Of a DNA stretch of 64,000 nucleotides, positions 25,420 through 39,194 are shown in pieces (within the stretch, counting starts at the first letter, position 1; each line of letters opens with the position of its first letter). The notes below the pieces were generated by a model. It was not told where the DNA came from. It saw only the letters and a program-made list of their open reading frames with translations, and searched no databases. This DNA is from Mobula hypostoma (lineage: Eukaryota). The position numbers and the translations under genes are program-made. The DNA is taken from NCBI RefSeq assembly GCF_963921235.1, contig NC_086097.1, positions 236,160,001 to 236,224,000 on the forward strand, given 5' to 3'.

Positions 25420-28110
25420 AGAAACTTTTGGCCAGTAAACCTAAAATCTGTGATAAATAAGTTACTGAAGGGTGACCTAGGATATATTTTATTCCAAGCA
25501 TTTGGATAGACAGGGGTTGATCAAACATAGTCAGTATGGCTTTGATTTGATTTGATTAAATATTTTGAGGAAGTAGCCAAAAAGGTCAATAGGAGCAGGG
25601 TGATAAATGTAGATAGACAATATAGATTTCAGTTAGGCCTCTGATAAGTTTCCATGTGGGAGGCTGCTTTAGAAAGTTAGATTACATGAGATCCAGGTGG
25701 AGGTTGCTAATCGGATGCAGAATTGGATGGTAGGAAGCAGAGAGTGATGGTGGAAGGTATTTTTTTTAATGGAGGCCCGTGACTGGTGATGCTCTCCGGG
25801 GATCCATTCCTGTTTGTCAACTCTATCAATGGCTGGGATGAAAACACACAAAATATGTTTTGTAACTTTGTAGATTACTCAAAAAGGTGTGCTGTTGTTG
25901 ACAGTGAAGATGCTTACCAGGTGTGACTTATTAGTTGGGTAAGTAGGCCAAAGAATGACAAATGGAGTTTCATTCAAATAAGTGCAAAGAATTGCAGTTT
26001 AGAGACCATAAGACATAGGAGCAGAATTAGACTATTCGATACAAAGATAAGTGGAGGAATAGGTAGAGCTGAGGAAGCAATGCAGTTGCGGCAGGACCTA
26101 GATAAATTGCAAGAATGGGTAAAAAAGTGGTAGATGGAATACAGTGTCGGGAAATGTGTGATAATACATTTTTGTAAAAGGAACAATAGTGCAGACTATT
26201 ATCTAAATAGGGAAAAAATCCAAACATCAGAAGTGCAAAGGGTCTTTAAGAGTCCTCATTCAAGACTCCCAGAGGTTAATTCACAGATTGAGTCTATGGT
26301 AAAGAAGGCAAATACAATGTTGGCATTTGTTCCAAGGGGAATAGAATAAAAACACAAGGAGATAATGCTGAAGCTTTATAAGGCACTAGTCAGGCTGCAC
26401 TTGGAGTATTGTCAACAGTCTTGGGCCCCTTATCTCAGAAAGGATGTGTTGTCATTGGAGAGAGCCCAGAGAAGGTTCATGAGGATAATTCCAGGAATGA
26501 AAGGGTTAACGTATGGGGAGCTTTGGGCCTCGATTCACTGGAATTTAGAAGAACGGGGTGTGATCTCATTGAAACCTACTGAATATTGAAAGGACTAGAT
26601 AAGGAGGAGGTGGAGAGGATGTTTCCTCCGGTGGGAGTATCCAGAACTAGAAAGCACAGCCTCAACACTGAGGGGTGACATTTTAGAACAGAGATAAGGA
26701 GGAATTTTTTTTAGCCAAAGAGTAGTAAATCTGTGGAATGCTCTGCCACACACTGTGGTGGAGGCAAAGTCCATGGGTATATTCAAAGCGGAAGTCGATA
26801 GATTCCTGATTGATCGGGGCATCAAGGGATATGCTGAGAGACAACCGGTGTTGAATGGGATCTGGGATCAGCTATGGTGAAAGGGCAGAGCAAATTCAAT
26901 GGGCTGAATGTCCTAATTCTGTTCCTGTGCCTTATGTTCTTATTTGGTCAAATGAGGCTACTCTGCCATTCCATCATGGCTGATTTATTATCCCTCTCAA
27001 CCCCAATCTCCTGCCTTCTCCCCATAACCTTTGATGCCCTGAGTAACCGAGAATCTATCAACCCCTACTTTAAATATACAAATGACCTGACCTCCACAGC
27101 CAGTTGCGGCAATGAATTCTACAGATTCACTACCCTCTCGCTAAAGAAATTCTTTCTCATCTCTGTTCTAAAGGGACATTCTTCTATTCTGGGTCCGTGC
27201 CCTCTGGTCCTAGACTCCCCCATTAAAGGTAACATCTTCTCCACAGTCCAGTCTATCTAGGTCTTTCAATAATTAATAGTTTTCGATGAAGAAGAAGAAA
27301 GCCCTTATCTCCAAGTGGAGTCATCGGGATGCCATCATGATGGCATTTTTTTAGCAGGCTTTCTTATTTTTATGAGGCCGAGTTGCTAGCTCGACAGTCA
27401 ACCCGGCACGGATGGAAAGCGTGCAAGGGAGCTGGCTGGAATCAAACTCAGGAACCTTCGCTCCGAAATCCAGCGTTGATGCCACTACGCCAGCAGCTGG
27501 CACAGTTTTCAGTAAGATACCCCTCAATATTCTAAACTACAAGTGTAGGCCCAGAGCCATCAAACGTTCCTCATATGATGATTCCTGGGATCATTCTCAT
27601 AAACCTTGTCTGCATCCTCTCCAATGCTAACACGTCCTTTCTTAGATCAGGGGTCCAAAACTGCTCACAATAATCCAAGTGTGGTCTGAGCAATGACCAA
27701 TTTTGGGAAGACAAATGATGGTATGAACTTCACAGTGAATGGCCTAGCTCAGTGCCCTATGAAACAAGTTGTAAAACAGAAGGACGAAGGAGTAGGGATA
27801 CATGGTTGCCTGAAAGTAACATCACAGGTAGACAGGTTAGTGAAAAAAGTTTTCACCTCACTGGCCTTCATTGGTCAGTATAGTAGTTGGGATGTTAAGC
27901 TGTAATTGAACCTTGAGAGGCTGCATTTGGAATAATATGTTCAGCTTTAGTCACACTACTATAGAAGAGATGCTATTAATTTGGAAAGAGAACAAAGAAG
28001 ATTTGCAATGATGGTGCCAGAACTCAATGGACTGAGCTATAGAGAGAGGTTAAGAAGGTTCAGACTTTTTTCACTGGAGCATAAAAAGTGATGGGTGATC
28101 TTGCTGAACT
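25420..28110. mobile_element. Nested CR1 stack: old + copy, - copy (26001-27690) and + copy (26040-26945)
   Basis: LKLYKALVRLHLEYCQQSWAPYLRKD and similar ORF2 motifs; (agaccata) tail at 26001. Confidence 0.8.
27288..27501 (-). mobile_element. tRNA-derived SINE with (TTC)n tail, nested in CR1
   Basis: Minus strand tggcgtagtgg...gagtttgattc, then gctttccatccgtgccgggttga...gagctagcaactcggcctc. Confidence 0.8.
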
Positions 28111-29342
28111 GAGGCTGTGGTCTGCAACTAATGGGCTCCTAGATGAGCTATTGTGATTACTGTCTGCATGGCTGTAGAGTAACAGGGCAATTAACCCCGT
28201 TCTCCTCCTCTTCCTCTCTCTTGGTAACTTTTTTTTCTTTGGTACATTTAGTCTACTCCCCTTTTAAGGTTCTTGCTAACTCTGTTGTACAGTGGATTTC
28301 ATTACCTTTATCATTCATCACATAAAATTTGATTTCTTAGCTCAGCTTTGGCTATTGACTTTACAACCACTGGGGAAAGATTTTTTTTACACTATTTAAC
28401 TCTCCCATGATTTTTAGGTCCTTTTATCAGGTCACATTTAGCCTATACTGCTGTAGGAAGAGTTGCTCCTAGGATAACCACTCTCTCCATAAATATATAA
28501 ACGTTTATCCATAGAATACTTCTGGTTATTCTTTACTGTATCTTCTTCAAAGTTCATTCTTAAAGCAAAATGCTGTTGATAGTATCATTTAATTAATGTA
28601 TAAACTTTACAGTCTTTGTTGTATCAGTTCCAAGAACTGGTTAATTTAACTCACTATGTTACTTTGTGCATTTTTTTTTATTGCGCAAGGTGGAGAATAA
28701 GGCCATCCTATCGAAGACCTACAAATGTTCTCTGTGTTATGGACAGTGCATTTACCATAGGTTAATAACTTCAACTTGCATTCAAGTTGATTGCAAAGTG
28801 TTTCATTAAAACAATGGGTTCTCAGACCCGACTGATGAGACAGAAGACACAAACTCTGCTTATCTGCTTACGACTGCAAACCTTGTCTGTTTATTAGGAC
28901 AGAACAGAACAAGCATTAAAGTACTTATCTGGGGATGCACAAGCCCCTCTCACTGCAACACACCTCCCACCTGATCTGTGACGCTGCTCATGACCAGTCC
29001 ATTGGTGAGGCCCCGAAAAACTGTTCCCCATGCCCTCTTACAGCTCTTCTTTGATACCCTTTCCACTGACCTGAAAAGCCACAGAATGTGGACCAATACA
29101 TAACAGCATCTTAAAGCACCGAATTAGAACCAATCATCACTGTCACAATTATTCTCGACTCCCCCTGCCATGTTCAACTGACTTCCCTGTTCTCAAGGTA
29201 ATATCGCATTCTCATAGTGTATTCCATAGTACTGTAGTAAGCAAAGCTCCTGCAGACAGCTCTGTTACATTCAAGCCACAGTGGTGAGACATTCAACAAG
29301 CAGAAAGATTAACCTTTTACAATACACAATATATTCGTGTAT

Positions 29343-30358
29343 TGGGTCCGTGTTGGGGCCGCTTCTTTTTACATTGTACATCAACGATTTGGATTATGGA
29401 ATAGATGGCTTTGTGGCTAAATTTGCTGACGATACAAAGATAGGTGGAGGGGCCGGTAGTGCTGAGGAAACGGAGAGTCTGCAGAGAGACTTGGATAGAT
29501 TGGAAGAATGGCCAGAGAAGTGGCAAATGAAGTACAATGTTGGAAAGTGTATGGTTATGCACTTTGGCAGAAAAAATAAACGGGCAGACTATTATTTAAA
29601 TGGGGAAAGAATTCAATGTTCGGAGATGCAACGGGACTTGGGAGTCCTCGTACAGGATACCCTTAAAGTTAACCTCCAGGTTGAGTCAGTAATGAAGAAG
29701 ACGAATGCAATGTTGGCATTCATTTCTAGAGGAATAGAGTATAGGAGCAGGGATGTGATGTTAAGGCTCTATAAGGCGCTGGTGAGACCTCACTTGGAGT
29801 ACTGTGGGAAGTTTTGGTCTCCTTATTTAAGAAAGGATGTGCAGACGTTGGAGAGGGTACAGAGAAGATTCACTAGAATGATTCCGGGAATGAGAGGGTT
29901 AACATATGAGGAACATTTGTCCGCTCTTGGACTGTATTCCTTGGAGTTTAGAAGAATGAGGGGAGACCTCATAGAAACATTTTGAATGTTGAAAGGCATG
30001 GACAGAGTGGATGTGGCAAAGTTGTTTCCCATGATGGGGGAGTCTAGTACGAGAGGGCATGACTTAAGGATTGAAGGGCGCCCATTCAGAACAGAAATAC
30101 GAAGAAATTTTTTTAGTCAGATGGTGGTGAATCTATGGAATTTGTTGCCACGGGCAGCAGTGGAGGCCAAGTCATTGGGTGTATTTAAGGCAGAGATTGA
30201 TAGGTATCTGAGTAGCCAAGGCATCAAAGGTTATGGTGAGAAGGCAGGGGAGTGGGACTAAATAGGAGAATGGATCAGCTCATGATAAAATGGCGGAGCA
30301 GACTCGATGGGCTGAATGGCCGACTTCTGCTCCTTTGTCTTATGGTCTTATGGTCTTA
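29343..30358 (+). mobile_element. Young 5'-truncated CR1 LINE (RT C-terminal part, one stop)
   Basis: GSVLGPLLF...KFADDTK...LEYCGKFWSP; (tatggtct)n tail. Confidence 0.95.
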
Positions 30359-32242
30359 TATATCAGGGCATCCATTATACACATTTGAGTTCTGCAACTG
30401 CACATTCTGAATTGTCCACCATAAACAGAAATTAAAAAGGCTTAAAGTGGAAAATTTTACCCTCTCAGTATCTCATGGATAGAGTTGTCTTTATCTTATG
30501 TACTTCTGCCCACTCTCAAACATCTACCTATACATTGTGTTTTATAGGATTGCATTTTTAATATTTATTGTGTTTTAATGCTTATTGTGATTTTACATCA
30601 GATCCAGAGAAAAAATCATTTTGTTCTCCTTTACACTCATTACTGAAGAATGACAATAAACAATAGAAACATAGAAACATAGAAAACCTACAGCGCAATA
30701 CAGGCCCTTCGGCCCACAATGCTGTGCTGAAAATGTACTTGCTTTAGAAATTACCAAGGGTTATCCATAGCCCTCTATATTTCTAAGTTCCATGCGCCTA
30801 TCCAGGAGTCTCTTAAAAGACTCTATTGTATTCACCTCCACCATCATCACCGGCAGCCCATTCCACGCACTTACCGCTCTGCGTAAAAAACTTACTCCTG
30901 ACATCCCCTCTGTACCTTAAATATGTGCCCTCTCATGTTAGCCATTTCAGCCCTGAGAAAAAGTCTCTGACTGTCCACACAATCACTGCCTCTCATTATC
31001 TTATACACCTCTATCCGGTCACCTCTCATCCTCTCTCACTCGAAGGAGAAAAGGCCAAGTTCACTCAACCAATTGTCGTAAGGCATGCTCCCCAATCCAG
31101 GCAACATCCTTGTAAATTTCCTCTGCACCCTTTCTATAATTTCCACATCCTTCCTGTAGTGAGATGACCAGAACTGAGCACAGTACTCTAAGTGGGGTCT
31201 GGCTAGGGTCCTATGTAGCTGTAACATTACCTCTCGGCTCTTGAACTCAATCCCATGGTTGATGAAGGCCAATGCACCGTATGCCTTCTTAACCACACAG
31301 TCAACCTGCGCAGCAGTTTTGAGTGCCCTATGAACACGGACCCCAAGATTCCTCTGATCCTCCACACTGCCAAGAGTCTTACCATTAATACTATATTTTG
31401 TCATCATATTTGACCTACCAAAATGAATCACCTCACACCTATCTGGGTTGAACGCCATCTGCCACTTCTCAGCCCTGTTTTGCACCTATCGATGTCCCGC
31501 TGTAACCTCTGACAGCCCTCCACACTATCCACAACACCCCCAACCTTTGTACTATCAGCAAATTTACTAACCTATCCCTCCACTTCCTCATCCAGGTCAT
31601 TTATATAAATCACAAAGGGAAGGAGTCCCAGAACAGATCCCTGAGGCACACCACTGGTCACCAAACTCCATGCAGAATATGAACCGTCTACAACTACTCT
31701 TTGCCTTCTGTGGGCAAGCCAATTCTGGATCCACAAAGCAAGGTCCCCTCGGATCCCATGCCTCCTTACTTTCTCAATAAGCCTTGCATGGAGTACCTTA
31801 TCAAATGTCTTGCTGAAATCCATATACACTACAGCTACTGCTCTACCTTCATCAATGTGTTTAGTCACATCCTCAAAAAATTCAATTAGGATCGTAAGGC
31901 ACAATATGCCTTTGACAAAGCCATGCTGATATTATGCCCCTCCAAATGTTCATAAATCCGGCCTCTCAGGACCTTCTCCATCAACTTACCAACCACTGAG
32001 GTAAGATTCACTGGTCTATAATTTCTTGGACTATCTCTACTCTCTTTCTTGAATATGGGAACAACATCTGCAACCCCCCAATCCTCCGGAACCTCTCCCA
32101 TTCCCATTGATGATGCAAAGATCATGGCCAGAGGCTCAGCAATCTCCTCCCTTGCCTTCCACAGTAGCCTGGGGTACATCTCATCTGGTCCCGGTGACTT
32201 ATCCAACTTGATGTTTTCCAAAAGCTCCAGCACATCTTCTTC

Positions 32243-32560
32243 CTTTTTTTTTGGCGTGTGCCTGCGTGCGTGTGAGTCTGTGCGTCTGCGTCTGCGTGTG
32301 CATCTGCATGTCTGTGTTGATGAATTTTTCATGGCTTTTTTCCGTGGCGCAGACTGAGAGAGAGAGACTGTGTAGCTCGCCACTCCTCACACAGACATTT
32401 TCGCAATGTTTTCCCTCTTGTTTTACGAGGTCGAGGTGCGGTCTCAACCTCAACCCAGCACGGATGGAAAGCGTGCTCGGGGGCGGACCCGACTAGTTTC
32501 GAACCTGGGAACCTCCGCTCCAGGGTCCGGCGCCGATGTTGTTGCGCCACCAGTCGGCCC
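32243..32560 (-). mobile_element. Young CpG-rich tRNA-derived SINE inserted in CR1 ORF2
   Basis: Minus strand tggcgcaac...ggttcgaaac; body gctttccatccgtgctgggttga; (gcac/gcagac)n tract and poly(A); flanks share cacatc. Confidence 0.85.
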
Positions 32561-34903
32561 ACATCATATCCTCTTTCTTAATGTCTATGTGCTCAAGCTT
32601 TTCAATCCGTTGCAAGTCAAGGATTCGCCAAGGTCCTATTCCATAGTGATTACTGAAGCAAAGTATTCATTAAGTACCTCCGCTATCTCCTCCAGTTCCA
32701 CACACACTTTTCCATTGTCACACTTGATTGGTCCTATTCTCTCACATCTTATCCTCTTACTCTTCACAAACTTGCAGAATTCCTTGGGGTTTTTATTAAT
32801 TCTGCTCACCGAGGCCTTCTCATGGCGCCTTCTGGCTCTCCTAATTGCATTCATAACTTTCTTCCTGCTAGTCTTATAACTTTCTAGATCTCTATCATTA
32901 CCTAGTTTTTTGAACCTCTTGTAAGCTTTTCTTTTCTCCTTGACCAGATTGTCAACAGCATTTGTACACCATGGTTCCTGTACCCTACCATCCTTTCCCT
33001 GTCTCATTGGAATGTACCTATGTAGAATGCCACGTAAATATTTCCTGACCATTTGCCACAATTCTGCTGTACATTTCCCTGAGAACATCTCCTCCCGATT
33101 TATGCTTTCAAGTTCCTGCCTGATAGCTTCCTATTTCCCTTTACTCTAATTAAACGTTTTCCTAACTTGTCTGTTCCTATCCCTCTCCAATGCTGTGATA
33201 AAGGAGATAGAATTATGATCACTATCTCCAAAATGCTCTCCCACTGAGAGACCTGACACTTGACCAGGTTCATTTCCCAATACCAGATAAAGTACAACCT
33301 CTCCTCTTGTAGGTTTATCTACATATTGTGTCAGAAAACCTTCCTGAACACATCTAACAAACTTCACTACATCTAAACACCTTGCTCTATGGAGATGCGA
33401 ATTAATATTGGGGAAATTAAAATCTCCCATCATGACAACCCTGTTATTACTGCACCGTTCCGGAATCTGTCTCCCTATTTGCTCCTCTATGTCCCTGTTG
33501 CTTTTGGGTGGTCTATAAAAAACACCTAGTAGAGCTATTGACCCTTTCCTGTTTCTAACTTCCACCCACAGAGGCTCAGTAGACAATTCCTCCATGAATT
33601 CCTCCTTTTCTGCAACCGTGACACTATCTCTGATCAGCAGTGCCACACCCCCACCTCTTTTGCCACCCTCCTGTCCTTTCTGAAACATCTAAAGCCTGCC
33701 ATTCCTGCCCCTGGGCCATCCAAGTCTCTGTAATGGCCACATCATAGCTCCAAGTTCTGATCCACACTCTAAGCTCATCCACTTTGTTCGTGATACTCCT
33801 TGCATTAAAATAGACACATCCCAAACCATCATCTTCTCTATCACCTGCCTATCCTCCCTCTCCCCCTGTCTACAAACTTTCTCGATTTGTGAGACAACCA
33901 CCCCTTTCTACGTCTCTTCAATTTGGTTCCCACCAGCCAGCAATTCTAGTTTAAACTCTCCCTAACAGCCTTAGCAAACCTCCCCACCAGGATATAAGTT
34001 CCCCTCGGATTCAAGTGCAACCCATCCTTTTTGTACAGTTCACACCTGCCCCAAAAGAGGTCCCAATGATCTAGAAATCTGAATCCCTGCTCCCCTGCTC
34101 CAATCCCTCAGCCACACATTTATCCTCCACCTCACTCTATTCATATACTCACTGTCACGTGACACAGGCAGTAATCCCGAGATTACTACTTTTGAGGTCC
34201 TGCTTTTCAACTTCCTTCTGAACGCCTTGTAGTCTGTTTTCAGGACCTCCTCCCTTTTTCTACCTATGTTATTGGTACCAATATGTACCATGACCTCTGG
34301 CTGTTCACCTTCCCACTTCAGGGTATTGTGGACATGATCAGAAACAGCCAGGACCCTGACACCTGGGAGGCAAACTACCATTCGTGTTTCTTTCCTATGT
34401 CCACAGAATCGCCTGTCTGACCCCCTATCTATAGAGTCCCCTATCACTTCTGCCTTCTTCCTTTCCCTACCCTTCTGAGCCACAGAGCCGGACTCTGTAC
34501 CAGTGATACGGCCACTGTTGCTTCCCCCAGATGGGCCGTTCCCCCCCCCCCAACAGTACTCAAACAGGAGTACTTATTGTTTGTTAAGGGGGACAGCCAC
34601 AGGGGTACTCTCTATTATCTGACTCTTGCCTTTCCCTCTCCTGACTGTTACTCACTTATCTGTCTCCCAAGGCCCTGTTGTGACTACCTGCCTATAGCTC
34701 CTCTCTATCACCTCCTCACTTTCCCTAACCAGACGAAGTTCATTAAACTGTATCTCCAGTTCTCTAACGAGCTGCAGCTCGACGCACCTGGCGCAGATGT
34801 GGCCGTCCCGAAGGCTAGGAGTCTCCTGGACATCTCGCATCTGGCACCCAGTACAGAACACTGGCCTCACTGACATAATTCATATTCCTATTCTTCACAA
34901 GTA

Positions 34904-35244
34904 GATCAATGAGAGGCATCGATCGTGTGGATATACAGAGGCTTTTTCCTAAGGCTGAAATGACTAGCACGAGAGGGCATAGTTTTAAGGTGCTTGGAAG
35001 TAGGTACAGAAGAGAAGTTTTTTACACAGGGTGTGTGGAGAGTGTGGAATGGGCTGCTGGTGGCATTGGTGGAGGCGGAAACGATAGGGTCTTTTAAGAG
35101 ACTCCTGGATGGATACATGGAGTTTAGAAAAGTAGAGGGCTCTGGGTAAGCCTAGGTAGTTCTAAGGTAAGGACATGTTTGGCACAGCTTTGTAGGCCGA
35201 AGGGCCTGTATTGTGCTGTAGGTTTTCTAAGTTTCTATATTTCT
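34904..35244 (+). mobile_element. CR1 3' fragment nested upstream of ORF1 of the large CR1
   Basis: MRGIDRVDIQRLFP...TRGHSFKV; aagta at both flanks (34899-34903 and 35245-35249). Confidence 0.88.
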
Positions 35245-36934
35245 AAGTAACTTACCTTGCCTCGACCCTTTATTGACGAAGCCTTGCCTGTTGAGCCAAA
35301 GCCCTCTACTCCAATGTCCGTTCTATAAAGCTGTCTTCTTTGAAAATTCTTCCCGCTGGTCTAACTTGGTGACATCTATGCACCTACGCAGTCGTGCCTT
35401 GATCAAACTGCTGAAGAAAAACTGTCCACCTTTTAAATTCTTCCCACCAGTCTTACTTGCTGAGTTCCATGCTCTTTCTTGACTGTGATCGGTCGGTTGT
35501 TTGATTGCTAAGTTCTTGCTGATAATATCGGCAAGGTGGTTAAACCACGAATGTCAAGTGCATCTGAAACGATGTTCTCTGGTTTGTGGAGACCTTTGGC
35601 AACCATCGTTGTACTGGATATCATACAGCACAGAAAGAATGGATTTGAGCCTTCACACCAGTGACAGTTCTTTGAAACTACAGTCCAATTAGTTCCACTG
35701 TTCTGATCTTTCCTACATCACTGTATGTATTTTCTTCAAGTAAAAATCCAATTGTGGAGATAGGATATACCGCAAATGCTATAATCTGAAGTAAAAAAAA
35801 ACAAGCTGCTGAAGGAACTCAGTGGGTCAGGCAAATGGATAGTTGCCACTTTCAGTTGAGACCCTGCAACAGGACTGAGGTCATAGAGGAAACGTAACCA
35901 GCTAACAGTATAGAGGTTAGAAGGAGGGGTGAAGCGGAGATCTGCAGACATTATGGATGATGAAGTCAGGTGTGTGACAGGAGGGGTGGTTTCCATAAGG
36001 AATAGAAGAAGAATTAAGCCATTTGGCCCATCAAATCTGTCTGTCATTCAATCATGTCTGATTTATTTTTGTCAGCCTTATTTTCCCAAGATAGCACTAC
36101 TAAGGGGCAATTGTTTGCATTGCAATGTACTGCTGTCAAAAAACAAAAAATTTCATGACATGTGCCAGTGATATTAAACTTGATTCTGATTCTGATTCAC
36201 CTACAACCCTGTACCCCTTTATCAATCAAAAACATACCAGTCTTTGTCTTAAATACATCCAATGATTTAGCCCCAGCAGCTCTCTATGACAATGCATTCC
36301 ACCAACTTGTCACCATCTGGAAGAAATTCCTCCTTACCTCAGTTCTAATTGGAATTTCCAACTAATGAAAATATTGTCACCTCATTCACCCTACCCAAGC
36401 CTTTCAGTATGTAACCCTTTCGCTGCAGGCTAGTAATGAGTCAGCTGTTACTGTGAGTACAAGCTAACAGCAATATAACTCTACAATGCATGGGAATAAT
36501 GATGAAAAGGCCATTTTCAATAAATAAATGTGTCTCAGATTGATATGAATTCAAACTATAAACGTTTGAATGTTTTTTTCTGAAGGAAAATATGATAATT
36601 ACCTATATGAATACTGCCAAACCCATGCAAATTTATTGTTCTCTAGGAAGCAATAATTTAGCTCACACCAGTATAAACTTAGATTGAAATTGTATTGACA
36701 AAATATTTTAAACTGTAATAAAAAAATAAAGAAAAAGGCCCATTGCATACTATATATATTAGCCTATTATGTGCATGTAATCATTGGAGCTCCTTGTTGC
36801 ATTATTATTCCAGATTGCCTCATTTTGTTTACTCACAGTACCAAAATGGTTTTGTGCTAAAGAACCAGTCCAAGTAAAAAAAAACAAAAATATCAATGCA
36901 ATGTTCAAGGAAAAACATGTTGAACTGTTTCCAA

Positions 36935-37106
36935 CGCAAACACGAGGAAATTTGCAGATGCTGGAATTTCAAGCAACACGGAAAAAAATTGCTGGTGAAT
37001 GCAGCAGGCCAGGCAGCATCTATAGGAAGAGGTACAGTCGACTGTACCTCTTCCTATAGATGCTGCCTAGCCTGCTGTGTTCACCAGCAATTTTTATGTG
37101 TGTTGC
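36935..37106. mobile_element. PLE-derived palindromic (fold-back) insertion
   Basis: About 70-bp arms with axis at 37039/37040 (cagtc|gactg); TSD-like ttgaactgtttccaa / ttgaactttttacaa. Confidence 0.9.
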
Positions 37107-37589
37107 TTGAACTTTTTACAATATTGTATGCTAGCTGGCTAACTGAAAGTTATCCACAAATTCTCCATGAGACCACTGCCTGCATGAGGATTTCTTGACA
37201 TTTGCATCTGTCCTTCTAAATTTATTTCTCTGTGTGTTTCACCATGTTCTTCCGCTATATTTGCTGTCCATTTCCATTCTCCATCTTTCTACTTCTTCTT
37301 CAATCATATGCGCCCTGTAGAAAATGGCTACCTCATTCTTTCCCCCAGTTCTTATCTGGGTATCTTATTGGCAAAATGTTCACAAAACAATTCCTAAAGA
37401 TTAATTACAACAAGCCTAAATTAATCATCTGAACTTTTATTTTAAACAGCAAAAATGAAATATCTAATTGAAAAATGTAATTAAAGGATGACTTTCTTTT
37501 ATATAGCTTTGCATTTTGAGAAAACCTGTAGAAAATAAAATGCCCAACGGCATAACTGTAAAGCATAGTCTTAAACCAGGGTATTGCAA

Positions 37590-38190
37590 GTATTTGATAG
37601 GTTTCAATGAGATCCCCCTCATCCTTTTGAACTCCATTGATTATAGGTCCAGAGTCATCAAAGGCTTCTCATATATTTAACCTTTCTTTCCTGGGATCAT
37701 TCTTGTGAAACGTTTTGCACTGTCATCTGACCCAGTACATCCTTCCTTTGATATGGGGCTCAAAATAGCTCACAATATTCCAGATCTGGTATGACCTCTA
37801 CCCTATAAATCCTCAGCACTGAATCTTTGCTGTCCTAGCCCTCCCAAAATTAATGCTGCCATTGCACATCCTTTCTCACTACTGACTCAAACCGCAAAAT
37901 AATTTTAAAGAAATCTTAAACCAGAACTCTCAAGTCCCCTAGCACCACTGATTTCTGAATTCTCTCCCCACTTAGAAAATGATCTATGCCTTTATTCTTC
38001 ATACCAAAATGCACTGTCATTTGCTTCCCCACACTGCATTCAATCTACCATTTTTTGTCCACTCTACTAACCTTCCTATGTCCTTCTGCAAACTCCATGC
38101 CGCAGCAAAAATACCTGCTCCTCCACCTATCCTGATATAATCTGCACACCTGGCCACAGTATCATGAGCTTCTTCATCCAAATCATGGTG
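37590..38190 (-). mobile_element. Old CR1 fragment
   Basis: DLDEEA...CADYIRIGGGAG...LQKDIGRL. Confidence 0.75.
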
Positions 38191-38306
38191 GTACAGTGAT
38201 AGGATCATACATCAAACTGGCCCCTCAGCCCTAGTTGTCCATTCTGACCCATATTTCCATCTAATCTAGATCCATTTGCCCATATTTAGCCCATATTCCT
38301 CTAAAT

Positions 38307-38385
38307 CGGGGGTTCCCAACCTTTTTATGCCATGGACCAACACCATTAAGCAAGGGGTGCATGAACCCCAGATTGGGAACCACCG
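38307..38385. mobile_element. 79-bp hAT/Buster MITE
   Basis: TIRs cgggggttcccaacct / agattgggaaccaccg; 8-bp TSD ctctaaat / ttctaaat with central TA. Confidence 0.85.
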
Positions 38386-38587
38386 TTCTAAATCTTTTTT
38401 TATCTATGTACCTGTCCAATAACATTTTAAGTGTTATTTTTATGTTCATGTCTCAACCACTTACTCTAGCAGCTCATTCCATATGCTGAGAGCTCCCTGT
38501 GAAAAAGTCACCCCTCCATACTAGCAAAACTAACAGCATGTCACAACCTTAATATCAGATGTTAACTTCTTCCTTTCAATGACTATG

Positions 38588-39185
38588 TTAGAAACGTAGA
38601 AAACATACAGCACAATACAGGCCCTTCGGCCCACAAAGCTGTGCCGAACATGTCCCTACCTTAGAACTACCTAGGCTTTACCCATAGCCCTCTATTTTTC
38701 TAAGCTCCACGTACCTATCCAGGAGTCTCTTAAAAGACCCTATTGTTTCCGCATCCACCACTGCTGCCAGCAGCCCATTCCACACACTCACCACTCTCTG
38801 TGTAAAAAACTTACCCCTGACATCTCTTCTGTACCTACTTCCAAGCATTTTAAAACTATGCCCTCTTGTGCTAGCCATTTCAGCCCTGGGGAAAAGCCTC
38901 TGACTATCCATGCGATCAATGCCTCTCATTATCTTGTACAGCTCTATCAAGTCACCTCTCATCTTCCATCGCTCCAAGGAGAAAAGGTCAAGTTCACTCA
39001 GCCTATTCTCATAAGGCACGTTCCCCAATCCAGACAACATCCTTGTAAATCTCCTCCGCACCCTTTCTATGGTTTCCACATCCTTCCTGTAGTGAGGCAA
39101 CCAGAATTGAGCACAGTACTTCCAGTGGGGTCTAACCAGGGTCCTATATAGCTGCAACATTACCTCTTGGCTCTTAAACTCAATC
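38588..39185 (-). mobile_element. CR1 LINE 3' fragment
   Basis: IEFKSQEVMLQLYRTLVRPH...FFTQRVVSVWNGL. Confidence 0.92.
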
Positions 39186-39194
39186 TTCACTGTA

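Larger units (their letters stand above)
30661..35480 (-). mobile_element. Near-full-length degraded CR1 LINE (5' UTR, ORF1, ORF2, 3' tail)
   Basis: ORF1 zinc finger (CTGC...HICARC) and SGNH esterase motifs (VIGDS, HIGTNN); ORF2 APE/RT fragments; (atagaaac)n tail at 30661-30685; 5' boundary approximate. Confidence 0.92.

Noticed and set aside
28825..28850. CTGATGA hammerhead-like word
   Set aside because: No helix II or GAAA in the right position
32480..32560. Possible tRNA gene
   Set aside because: A/B-box-like motifs are present, but it continues into a SINE body and poly(A), and I could not fold a full cloverleaf
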